Assembly (NCBI RefSeq): GCF_006345805.1
Contig: NC_043003.1
Span: forward strand, 47,554,001 to 47,618,000
DNA length: 64,000 nt
From: Octopus sinensis
Taxonomy: Eukaryota
Direction: 5' to 3'
Shown here: piece after piece, positions 54,330 through 64,000 of the stretch
How the letters are laid out: every line of letters begins with the position of its first letter
How positions within the stretch are numbered: the stretch's first letter is position 1
Program-made: the position numbers and the translations under genes
Notes under the pieces: model-generated
The model's input: the letters and a program-made list of their open reading frames with translations, nothing else
What the model was told of the DNA's origin: nothing
Database searches by the model: none

Positions 54330-57300
54330 CTCTTACACATTCATACACACATACATTCATACTCATATATACATATTTTTATTTGCATTTATGTTAATAT
54401 ACATTGTTAGGTGTGTGTCTGTATCAGCATGGAAGATGGATGTTAAATGATGATGTACATTCCGCACACACACACAAAATAATATAACATTTATATGCCC
54501 ACTAACTTTTACGCACAATAAAATATCTTCTGTTGTTTTGTTAGAACACCACAGATGCTGTGTCTTCTTCACCAACAATATTGTAATTAAAATAAATTTA
54601 CCACTCCTGTAATTAAAATAAAAATTGGCAAAATCTTAATATTGTTCTAAATTTAAATCACTCAATTGTGAAAGCTTCAAGTATGTTTTCTTCAGATTGA
54701 CTGTGGTCATATGACCATGGAACTGCCTAAATTCAAATTCGCTCTTGCGTCACATATTAACAAATTACATTCTGGATGACTGAAATTTCTTTGTCTGCTT
54801 TCTGCAATAAACATTTCACCCTGCATCACCATGACTGTCAATGCTGCCACCATTGTTGTCACTGCTTGTCCCACATTAGGACACCACCTCACCACCAACT
54901 CTCCATGTTTTTATTGCATGTTATCACCACCATACCCAAATCACTTGCTGTCGATTATTACATCATTGTACCACTAGACCACTTCCACCACCATCACCAC
55001 CACTACCATCTCAACTACTATTATGCCACATCATTACACAACACCACTTTGCAATGAGCCAATTAATGTGCTTTAATATGGTTGTTAGATCTGCTAAAAA
55101 TAGGAACTAAATCTCCTTCAAATCTGACCTTTTATTAGTTTGAAAGAAGTTCTGGATTTGCAAGTGAATATTTGAGATGAAAACAAAAGTGAAGTTGTAG
55201 GGCTATGAGATGAAATAGAAAGCAGTTGGGGTGCTTTTGTTTTTTTTAATGTCAAAGGTCTTTTGTCAGAATTATCTCATACATCATCTCAGTGATAGAC
55301 CAATATCCTGTTCAGGGTAGGGAGTGTTGAAATCTCAATCACATGTACACCATGAAAACCAGGTTAAACTCCAGCTTTATGAGTCCAAGGACTCAGCACA
55401 GGTCTAAGTTTATACATCATTTCACAGCACACTATCACACACTGTACTTCCACTTTCCATTATAGCAAGACACCTACCTGTTTCTCCTTCTCTGTCTCAC
55501 TGCCACACTCTAACCTTTCATCATCTGACACAAGATCCCCTCTTCCAATGCCCCCTCCCCCTCTCAAATTCTTTGTCTTGTAAGTTACTTGGTGACCCTG
55601 CTAGTGCTGGTGCCACATAATAAGCATCAAGTTCACACTGTGAAGTAGTTAGCATTTGGAAGGAAATCCAGCTGTAAAACTCATGCCAAAACTGACACTG
55701 CCTGTACTGGTGCCATGTAAAAAGCTCTCAGTCTACTCTGGAGTGATTGGTGTTAGGAAGGGCATCCAGCCATAAAAATCCTGCCAAAACAGACACAATA
55801 GCCTGGAGTAATTTTCTGCCTGGCTGGGTCCTGTCAACTATCCTACCTATGCATGCATGGAAGATGGTCTTTGAACAATTATAATGATGATGATTCTGTT
55901 TCCTACTAACACAAGCCATCACTCACTCACCAGTTTCTTTTGATTATCTTGATGTTGTGGCTACCATCCTGGAACAAATATGGAACTTTTCTCTTGCACG
56001 TGTATTGGTTAAACAATTCTCTGTTCATAAATTTTCAGCTGTTGATGATCCAACATTTTTCTCTCTTTCAATCTCACTGCGTCTTGTGATGTAATATTTT
56101 AGCTTCACTGCTGTTGAGCCTGCTTCTATCAGACAAAGCTGTGACCCAGCAAGCACATATGTTAATAAAAGCATCATCATCTGCCGGTCTCTGTAAAAAA
56201 GAGAGACAGAGACAGGCAGAAACAAGGAAAATGCCCCTTGTATTTGAATACTATGCAAATATTCTTTTAAAAACTTTTCTTTTAACTTTTCCAAAATTTA
56301 AATGTTTTCCATACTTACAGTTGAAAAAGTCTCAATGACTGAAACTGGTACTGAAATGTTTTTTATAAAATTATTTTTGCATTTTCTACCTTGACTATTT
56401 TTTCCAGATAAATATATATATATATATTCCCTCCCTTCCTCCTTCCTTCTTTTTCTTACTACTGACCTTTGTCTGCTAAGCTGACCACTATCTCGCCCTA
56501 CCTCACACGCCTACACACAGACGCACACACTAACACACACATATATATTTTTTTGTTTTTTCATCTCGCCTCACACACACACATACACGCACGCACACGC
56601 ACACACTCACACATACACACACATCTGTTGCGTTACCAACCTTGTCTCCACTCTTTTGCCTTTAAAAACCCACTTTGCTCTGTTTTCGTAAACATCCGCC
56701 TTTCACCATGTGCTACTCGTAAACACCAGTCGTCTTTTTTCTCTTTCCCTGTTGCCCGCTCTGGGATCTTTCTTTCCTCTCTCTTCCTTCTTTATGTTTC
56801 CGACGAAGAGCTCCGCTCGAAACGTCATACCTCCCTGCTTCCTTTTCCTGAGCGCCTATTAATAATAATACTGTAATTGTTCCTTTGTTGTTGTTTTTTT
56901 GTTTCCCGTTTGGATTAAAATTATATATATATATATATATAATTATATATATACTCTCGATACAAGGGTAAACAATTCACAAGAAAAAATAATTCTCAAA
57001 AACTTAATTTGCTAAGATGTTAATTTTGTTATTATCTGGTATCACTATTTAAAAAAATGATAATAACCTGATCTATTTTCAGTTGATTTCTGTAGTTATT
57101 ATCAGTGTATTTTTGGCGATTTAAATAAGAATTTTGACTGTTATTTCCAGCAGGTAGACATACTTAGTCTGTCCTTTGATTAATTTTAATATATATATAT
57201 ATGTATATATATATATAGGGAATCGTCTTTTATTAATAGTCTTAAGGAAAGATTAGAAAAATAATTTTCTAAGAATAAAAATGCCAACTAGTTATTTTCT

Positions 57301-60300
57301 TACTTTTTATCAGGTTTGAAACACAAAATGTAAATTTTGTCAAAATGCCTTCCTTCCTTTGTATAAAAACGTAAAATACTCTCAGCTCAAACTTCTAAGT
57401 CAAACTATTTCAGAATGTTGATGAAAGAAAAATCTTAGAATCCTCGGGAAAACGACTTTTATTTAGCTACTTGGCACTTTGCCCAAATTTACAACTAAAT
57501 ATTTGAGACTAAAGCAAAAATAATGTTAGTGGGCCTAGCAATGCGGTAGACACTGGTAGTTTTTGTGGATGAAACATTTTTGTCAGAAATAATAGTCAAT
57601 ACGTCACTTCCCAACACTTTAACACACAATTTAGTTTTTCTCTTTCTAATCTGATTCCCACTGATTTCATCATCGTTAGGTCACCACTTCCACTAATTTA
57701 TCTTTAAATGTTGTTGTTGTTTTTTGAACCATGCTATACAATATCTGCTTTATGTACATGATAGGTCGAAACTAAAAATGGAAGACATGAAGGAAGCTCA
57801 CTCAGCTCTTCGGGAGGCCCAGTGGGCTAGTGATCGGGACAGCAAGCAGTGTAAACAGTGTACTAAGCTGTTCTCAGTCTCACGGAGAAAGGTATGTTGT
57901 TGTTGTTGTTTCTAATTAATGAAATACCTGTTATTCCCTTAAGTGACATTTGGTCAGCATTGAAAGCACTGGATCCTTATGATGTGCTGAAAACATGTCA
58001 TAACAGAAGCAGAGTTCATTGACCTCTTTGTTTTTTCTGCAACTGAGCACCATAATTCCTTTCTACTATAGGCACAAGCCTGAAATTTGGGGGAGGGGGA
58101 TAGTTTGTTACATTGACCTCAGTACTCAACTGGTACTTATTTTATCAACCTCGAAAGGATAAGAGGTTAAGTTGACCTTGGCAGAATCGGAACTCAGAAC
58201 ATAAGGACAAATGAAATGCTGCTAAGCATTTTACCTGCTGTGCTACCAATTCTGCCAGCTTGCCAGTGCCATAATTACTAGGAATTAATGAGTGAAATGC
58301 ACCAACTTGAAATATAACCTTATGTAACACTTAATGTTCTTGTAACTTACTATTAACCTCTGTAGACCATCCTTCCAGTGGCATATCTAATAGGGGAGCA
58401 AAGGAAATTACTCCTCTCTCAGAACACATTTTTCAAAATTGGTGTCTTCTTAACATTTCTTTTTAACTCTTCAGATACCTATATCAGATATTGTATGTTT
58501 CCTATATAATGACATTGTTACTGAAAGATGAAATGAATGAATGTAGAATACATCATCATCATCATCATCATTTAGTGTCTACTTTCCATACTGGCATGGG
58601 TTAGATAGTTTGACTGAAACTGATAAGCTGCACCAAGTTCCAGTCTGATTTGGCATGGTTTCTAAGGCTGGATTCCCTTCCTAATGCCAACCACTCCAAG
58701 AGTGTTATGGGTGCTTTTTACATGCCAGTTATGTGACATCAGCATCAGCCACAACTATCACTTCACTTGGCTTGATGAGTCTTATTAGAACTAATGAAAT
58801 ATTTTACACCATATAAGAGAAAAGAGTTTAAAAGTGTTTGGTATGTGTCTGAACACCTTTTTGTTTTTTGTACTCACTCCCTCTAACTTTAGAACCTGGC
58901 TATGTTTTTGCATCCATCTAAAACAACTTCTTGTTACTTTGTTTATCAAAATGCTTCCCCACTTTCCCTTTCCAGTTTCCCCAACCACATAAAGGTGTTC
59001 AGTACCTTCAGTTTAATACAATGATAGTGATATGACTAAACTCACTCAACATTACCTTCTCAGGTACTGGATTGCTCAGTTTAGCTTGACCGCATGGTCA
59101 TTCAGCATCTTTAATAGAGTCCTCTCTCTTGCAAGCATTTAGGCCAGGTCTTTGATCTGAGGATAACTTCCTTCCACCAGCGCATGCACATGTATTCATA
59201 TAAACATTTTATGTGTTAAATGAACAAACATAACAATGGTGACAACGATATATAAATAGGAATGAGACTGATGATCCAAAATATCATTAATCAATACAGG
59301 ACCCACCTACTGTCTATCACCCTTCCACCATTGCTACCACCCCCATTGCATAAGCTCTCTGCAATCTCAAAGTTTGTGTATAGGAAGTTATATCAAACCT
59401 ATTGCACCCAGTACACCCTATATTCACCCTCCCCTCTTGGACTACCAAGGATTTTCTCACTTCATTCTGTCTGCCATTGAACTTTTGTGTCCTTTCAACC
59501 ACATACTCTAAGTTAATATTATCACTCTCTCTGCTGAGTCATGTTGCTTTGTGCCATCACTCTATCCACTTAGTCCCATTGCTTTGAATATATGTATCTG
59601 TCGTGGAATATTTAGTATGCCTATCACGCATCCTTCTTATCACTGTCATTCATGCCTTTTTCACTCATGCCTCTCATTCTGTAAAGGGGTTGGTGAACTT
59701 GCACAGGTGATTTAGATGTATGAAGGTCATGGTTACCCCTCCGGCTCTAGTGCCACAAGAAAATGAACCCTGGACATTCTGTAAACTATAGGGTTGAGAG
59801 GAGCTTTTATCTCGATGGTGCCACCAAAAAACATCCAGTACACTGTGTAAAGTGATCGGTGTTAGGAAGGGTTATTAAACCATAAAAGCTAAGCCAGACA
59901 TGAAAAACAAGAGCAAGATGTGATCTTCTGAACCATGTAAGCAATATCCTCAAATCTACTGACTTCAATCATAGCAACTCATCTAACCTATGCCAGCATG
60001 AAAACTAGATGCAAAATGACAACAGTGATAAGAACAACAGCAACAAAGGGAAAAGTGACGACAGCAATCCTATAGATGACAGGATATTTCTATAAGTTCA
60101 GTAGCCATGAGATGAGCCCAATATGACAACAACGCTTTCTCTTTTTGCTCATAGATGAGAGGCAAGAACCCAGATGTTACTTTCCATTGTCTATACAACA
60201 ACTGAATTTATGAAATTCACTTCTGGATTAACTGTTGCTAATGCAGATCATTACTGGTTGCTAGGATTCTGAATTTTACCCTATATTGATGATAGTAACA

Positions 60301-60594
60301 ATGATGTTAATGATAATTGCTACAATAAAAATGTGAATGTTGATGACAAGAATAATAATGTGAGCATTATAATTGTTGATTTGCATATATTTTTTATCTT
60401 TTTGTGTTTGTTTTTTTTTCATTTGTTCTCATACCTATTTCTTGTTCTCATTGCAGCATCACTGTCGAAACTGTGGCTACATCTTCTGTAACGAGTGCTC
60501 AGACAACAAGATGCCACTGCCTTCATCTGCAAAGCCAGGCAGAGTCTGTGACACTTGCCACACATTCCTTCTACAGAGGTACTCAGCTACCTAA
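26188..60594 (+). CDS. RUFY2: RUN and FYVE domain-containing protein (RUFY1/2/3 family), 5'-partial model: join(26188..26274,42423..42552,47642..47736,57765..57891,60457..60594)
   Basis: The five exons join in frame (intron phases 2,0,2,0) to give [47 protein letters not shown]...WASD...CKQC...RRKHHCRNCG..FC..CS...RVCDTC...*. The WxxD, R(R/K)HHCR and RVC FYVE motifs, eight Cys and the ETDL-IE-EWR coiled-coil motif typical of RUFY are present. The RUN domain is not in the window. Confidence 0.9.
30629..30685 (+). CDS. Candidate 57-nt cassette exon (phase 2-2, [19 protein letters not shown])
   Basis: ctctcAG acceptor, cag|GTATGT donor, open in the required frame. Confidence 0.4.
33922..34145. 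mobile_element. Tigger-like MITE
   Basis: TIRs cagtaatcccttgactatcgtgg / ccacgatatagcaagaggttactg; TA on the left. Confidence 0.7.
37580..37917. mobile_element. hAT (Charlie-like) MITE
   Basis: TIRs cagtggttctcaac / gttgagaattactg; perfect 8-bp TSD ATCTAAAT (37572-37579, 37918-37925). Confidence 0.85.
38059..38278. mobile_element. Second piggyBac-like MITE family; another copy is split by the LINE at 45893
   Basis: Ends ctctttggcattc ... aatgctaaaggg|TTAA; homologous halves at about 45790-45892 and 46921-47010. Confidence 0.6.
38888..39405 (+). repeat. Tandem array of four 125-136 bp units derived from the 3' part of family D
   Basis: Units start ttatcaa(a/g)gaa at 38888, 39021, 39157 and 39282. 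Confidence 0.85.
40024..40110 (+). CDS. Candidate 87-nt cassette exon (phase 2-2, [29 protein letters not shown])
   Basis: ttcttatAG acceptor, aag|GTGTAG donor, open frame, same length as exon 26188. Confidence 0.3.
40791..41984 (-). mobile_element. mariner-family DNA transposon remnant
   Basis: Imperfect TIRs sharing ggttg..aaaagtaatgcaaaag..gcataacttttt, TA on both sides. HTH region [21 protein letters not shown] (ORF 41605-41862) and decayed KWISWQL..LVTGD..EWHH motifs. Confidence 0.85.
42423..42552 (+). CDS. RUFY2: RUFY coiled-coil exon (130 nt): [43 protein letters not shown]
   Basis: tttgtAG acceptor, aag|GTATT donor; RUFY-type ETDL(R/K)IE(R/K)EWR motif. Confidence 0.95.
44325..44830 (-). 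mobile_element. Non-coding microsatellite-flanked element carrying a hammerhead-like motif
   Basis: C/A-rich 5' part, hammerhead-like motif, ttcccaagcg..taatac..tgttgttt tail, ends in (TA)n. Confidence 0.5.
44409..44444 (-). ncRNA. Hammerhead-like motif with variant core (CUGUUGA); U16.1 mutated to C
   Basis: CUUU-CUGUUGA-A-GAG(UGUAGG)CUC-GAA-ACGC-A-AAAG; stem I CUUU/AAAG is perfect. Confidence 0.5.
45893..46918 (+). mobile_element. 5'-truncated RTE-clade LINE with 3' UTR and (GAT)n tail
   Basis: [48 protein letters not shown] (ORF 46226-46414), then the 3' UTR shared with many short fragments, ending aatgatgatgatgat. Confidence 0.9.
47642..47736 (+). CDS. RUFY2: RUFY coiled-coil exon (95 nt): [31 protein letters not shown](Q)
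   Basis: Long T-rich tract + tacAG, ca|GTGAGT donor; phase 0 in and phase 2 out fit both neighbours. Missed by the ORF track. Confidence 0.9.
47995..48150 (+). mobile_element. SINE family A copy
   Basis: Close match to 876-1045. Confidence 0.85.
49716..49938 (-). mobile_element. 223-bp fold-back insert with perfect 67-bp inverted arms enclosing a hammerhead (Penelope pLTR-like)
   Basis: 49716-49782 is the exact reverse complement of 49872-49938; the insert sits in a (TA)n array. Confidence 0.8.
49810..49852 (-). ncRNA. Minimal type I hammerhead ribozyme motif
   Basis: CCAC-CUGAAGA-U-UGUC(GAUCAA)GACA-U-GAA-ACAAUUGU-A-GUGG: 4-bp stem I, intact core, 4-bp stem II, palindromic stem III, GUA cleavage triplet. 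Confidence 0.8.
50433..50757 (+). mobile_element. tRNA-derived SINE family E (related copy about 32367-32680)
   Basis: Head tagctcagtggttagag..gagttcagttcc, then tcttgagcaaaacactt..ttcactcagctg shared with the 32367 copy. Confidence 0.65.
52330..52608 (+). mobile_element. RTE 3'-end fragment, family C (others about 20657-20800 +, 34200-34360 -, 44850-45010 +, 45460-45660 -, 55590-55895 +, 58550-58790 -, 59700-60010 +)
   Basis: Matches the LINE 3' UTR 46560-46918: aggaagggcatccagctgtagaaac..aacccatgcca.catggaaa..(gat)n. Confidence 0.85.
54142..54325. repeat. Perfect (TATG)46 microsatellite
   Basis: Seen directly. Confidence 0.97.
56430..56925 (+). mobile_element. Non-coding (TA)n-flanked element carrying a hammerhead-like motif
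   Basis: C/T- and CA-rich 5' part, hammerhead-like motif, ttcctgagcg..taatac..tgttgtt tail, (TA)n on both sides. Confidence 0.5.
56796..56830 (+). ncRNA. Hammerhead-like motif with variant core (CCGACGA), sense to the RUFY pre-mRNA
   Basis: GUUU-CCGACGA-A-GAGC(UCC)GCUC-GAA-ACGU-C-AUAC; palindromic ACGU, GUC triplet, 3 of 4 stem I pairs. Confidence 0.55.
57765..57891 (+). CDS. RUFY2: RUFY exon with FYVE N-half (127 nt): [42 protein letters not shown]
   Basis: atAG acceptor, aag|GTATGT donor; WxxD and first CxxC. Confidence 0.95.
60457..60594 (+). CDS. RUFY2: RUFY terminal coding exon, FYVE C-half: [45 protein letters not shown]
   Basis: ttgcAG acceptor; HHCR, FCxxCS and RVCxxC motifs; TAA at 60592-60594. 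Confidence 0.95.
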   Translation, partial: HHCRNCGYIFCNECSDNKMPLPSSAKPGRVCDTCHTFLLQRYSAT

Positions 60595-60796
60595 CGACGC
60601 TCCTTCTTTATCTCTTTGTCTTTCTCCCAAACACCATGCATACATACATACCCATACACACATACACACACACACACACTGTATAACACATTCATACACA
60701 TAAACACCCTTTATGTCTACACTCACATCTTCTGCTCCACATATACCTTTTTTTTTTTTTTCCTCAGATATGCCTCTTACAGAGATAGAGGCAAAT

Positions 60797-62063
60797 AATA
60801 AAAGTAAAATTAAAATATGCCTCACTCTGCAACAGCCCTCTCTATTGAAGTAGCAGTTTCTGCCTAGAGGTTTTAAAGATTCCCTATGTTGCTACCATAG
60901 TTTTCCTACCCACAATTTCTCCTGCAGTTGTTAGAAGTTACCACCTACATGTTAAAATGTACTGTTCCCTGCTACAATTTCTTACCCACACTTCCTCCTA
61001 CACAACCCAAGCAGTGGTGGGGGTGATTGGGGGTGGGGCAACTAACAACACTGAAATGGCCTACTGCTTTCTTCTCCACCCAAACGAGTTGCCACTCCCC
61101 CCTTGCCCTCCCTCTCTCACACATACACACATACGTTCAGAAACCCATTTCCACATCAACTTCAAACTGGCGTGCACACACACACGTGCATGCATGCAAA
61201 CACCACTTCTGTCCAATATAGTCTTTCTACTTCTACTACCACCCTGCTCTGCTTTGCATTCCCTATACACACACACACAGGCATAATAGTCTCTGTTTCA
61301 GCTAATTCCCCCATCACAACTACCCACCATAAATGAAAGAACAAAACAAAAATGAGTATCTTTGAAGTAAAAAGAAACCACCAACACCTATACAACCATT
61401 CACATCTCTCTCTCTCTCTCAACACACAGACATACAGAGGAATATATATAAATTGAAGAGGGGAAGAGGATGTAGAAATCATGATGAAGAGGAGGAGGAG
61501 TAAAATATAGTGAACAAATAACTGGCACGCAAAAATCCTTTAAACATTACTGTAATAAATGGCAATGATAAATATGGTATTTTTTAAATAATACTAGCGA
61601 TAATGAATTTGTTTATTTGTCACAGGCACAACACAAATGCAAATCATTTAAATACACTAATGAAGACATATATATATATATATATATATAATTTGGCAAA
61701 ATCTCGAATCTAAGGAAACTGGTAATGGTCTGTGTCTGTTGTAAATATTAATTGGTGGAGATATTGATGCAATTCAATGACTGAAACAAGTAAAAGAATA
61801 AAAGAATATACATTATGTTATATATTGTATTATATTACATAAGAATTTCTTATGTTTAGCAAGCAGAGTGTAACTGTAAAAGTGAGTTGGATATCTTTGA
61901 GTGCATAAGCTCTCTCCTCTCCTCATATTAGTGTGAGACACATTTTATCTCGGACCTTTTCTTCTACTGCAGTGAAAGGCAAAGTTGATGCTGGAAGTGA
62001 TTTGAACTGAGGAAGGAGGTAGCAGGAATGAAACTAAGGATTGTTCAAGACAATTCAAGTCCA

Positions 62064-62109
<46 letters not shown>

Positions 62110-62130
62110 TCTATATAATTTAATAATAAA
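60797..62130 (+). promoter_or_regulatory. Candidate polyadenylation signals for the RUFY 3' UTR (AATAAA at 60797, 61554, 62125)
   Basis: Hexamers seen downstream of the stop; which one is used cannot be told from DNA. Confidence 0.3.
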
Positions 62131-62280
62131 AAATTTAGAAATGATAACAATCACTTTATTTGATTCCATTCTTGAACCTTCAGTTTAGTGTTACCAAGGA
62201 GTTGATAGCCACTAAGTTACTTAAGAGTGTCTCAAGGTCTTTTGTATTCTGCTTGCCTTTTGCAGTACAATGCCTCTGCT

Positions 62281-62340
<60 letters not shown>

Positions 62341-62551
62341 TGTGTAAAGGTGAGATCCAAGGATCCAAGTGTAGGAAGTTAGTAAGCTTCAAGCAGTCCG
62401 TAGAATATATAAAAAAACAACTTTCAGGAACAATAGTGTTTTATTGACATAGAAAGTTGTAAAATTTTCCCATATCAATGTTTGGTAAGCTGAAAGAAGT
62501 TATTTTATAGTTCACAGTTAGCTACTGGAGTTGCTGTGTATGCAAATAAAA

Positions 62552-62739
62552 ATCCAAATTTAGAGAATGAAGTAGGTAAAATCCAGGCTACATATGTTTT
62601 ACTAGATAGCAGAACCTTGAAAGTAGTAATTATTCAACAAGGGGTACTTTGCTAGCTACTCATCAAGCCAAAGATCTTTGGTTCTGCTAGCTAAGAAAGA
62701 TATATAGCCTGGATTTTACCTAACCCTAACCCTAAATTT

Positions 62740-62743
<4 letters not shown>
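62552..62743. mobile_element. Small fold-back/MITE-like element with 44-bp inverted ends, one containing (CCCTAA)n
   Basis: 62552-62595 vs reverse complement of 62700-62743 match 36/44. Confidence 0.6.
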
Positions 62744-62782
<39 letters not shown>

Positions 62783-63129
62783 AGTACACACTCACACAGA
62801 CATAGTGTTTGTGTATGCATGTAAGCCCATTTCTGTGAGGTTCTTACGTCACTATATATGTAAGCCTCAATATATGAGGCTATCCTTACATGCTGAACTT
62901 AGAAATTTGTGTATATGTGTGCTGATATTGGACAGGCAGTCAATATTATGCTTACCACCAAAGCTGGTATGTAATATAATGTTAAAATGTGAAAAACCTT
63001 GAAGAAATGGTAGGTAGAGAGAGGTAAGGTCAGTATAAGTCAGTCCTCACTGACTGAATAGCAGCCACTTTAGAAACCATCATTATCACTATCACAGCAA
63101 GTCTCTGCCCATGCCATACAACAACCATC

Positions 63130-64000
63130 ACAAATATGGATTTAGATTGGTAGAATTGTTAGAGTGTCATGAAAAAAAGGATTCTAGTTCTTTATGCTGT
63201 GTTCAAATCCCGCTGAGGTCACCGTTACCTTTCATCCTTTTGGAGTTGATAAAGTCAATTATTAGTCATTTACTAAAATCAACAGTATCAACTAACTTCC
63301 CTCCCTGCAAAATCGATGGCCTTACATCTAAATTAAAAACCCAAGCTGGAAGAACAGTTAGTGTATCAGACAAAGTATCTATCAGCATTTCTTCTTGCTC
63401 TTTACATTCTAAGTTCAAATGTCACTGAGGTCAACTTTGCTTTTCATTCTTTCAAGGTCAATAAAATAATTCCCATTCAAGCACTGGGGTTGATGTAATC
63501 AACAAGCCCCTACCCCTAAATTTCAGGCCTTGTGCCTATAATAGAAAGCATTATTATTATTATTCCACCAAGGTCAACTTTGCCTTTCATCCTTTCAGGG
63601 TTGATGAAATAAGGCGGCGAGCTGACTGAAATGTTAACACACCGGGCAAAATGCTTAGCGGTATTTTGTCTGCCGCTACGTTCTGAGTTCTAATTCTGTT
63701 GAGGTCGACTTTGTCTGTCCTCTCTGTGTTTAGCCCCTTGTGGGTAGTAAAGAAATAGAAATAAGTACCAGTTAAGTACTAGAGATGATGTAATTGACTA
63801 ACCCCCTACACTAAAATTTCCGTTCATTTACCTATACAACAAAGGACAACTACTACTTCTACTCAGAATAGTGCATTGGACTAAATGCCTTGTAGTATTT
63901 AGTGAGAGCCATTTTCATTCTTGAGTTCAAATCTTGCTCAGATCAACGTTTGCCTTTCCAGAGTCAAGTTCTAGAGCCAGTATAATCAATTGTTTCCCTC
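63130..64000 (+). mobile_element. Cluster of about five head-to-tail SINE family B copies or fragments
   Basis: Repeated gttc(a/t)aat..gaggtc(a/g)actttgc..tcatcc..ggggttgatg motifs at about 63200, 63410, 63570, 63680 and 63920. Confidence 0.75.

Overview
AT-rich, repeat-dense animal genomic DNA. The SINE and RTE-tail families and the (TA)n load resemble octopus/coleoid cephalopod genomes (inference). The window holds the 3' part of one + strand gene, a RUN and FYVE domain protein (RUFY family). Five coding exons (26188-26274, 42423-42552, 47642-47736, 57765-57891, 60457-60594) splice with GT-AG ends and matching phases into a coiled coil plus a complete FYVE finger. The RUN-domain exons were not found and probably lie upstream of base 1. 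The rest is intron or downstream DNA packed with decayed mobile elements: two RTE LINEs, a Penelope-like element, Tc1, mariner, a Helitron helicase fragment, several MITEs, several SINE families and long TA-rich microsatellites. Almost all other ORF-track entries are microsatellite or low-complexity artefacts. Highlights: (1) a 223-bp fold-back insert in a (TA)n array whose perfect 67-bp arms enclose a minimal hammerhead ribozyme with an intact core, plus three more hammerhead-like motifs with variant cores; (2) several frame-preserving phase-2 candidate cassette exons, including an 18-nt microexon, at the RUFY coiled-coil hinge; (3) an RTE LINE with a TSD-bounded 5' inversion. All calls come from reading the sequence by eye; no database or folding program was run.
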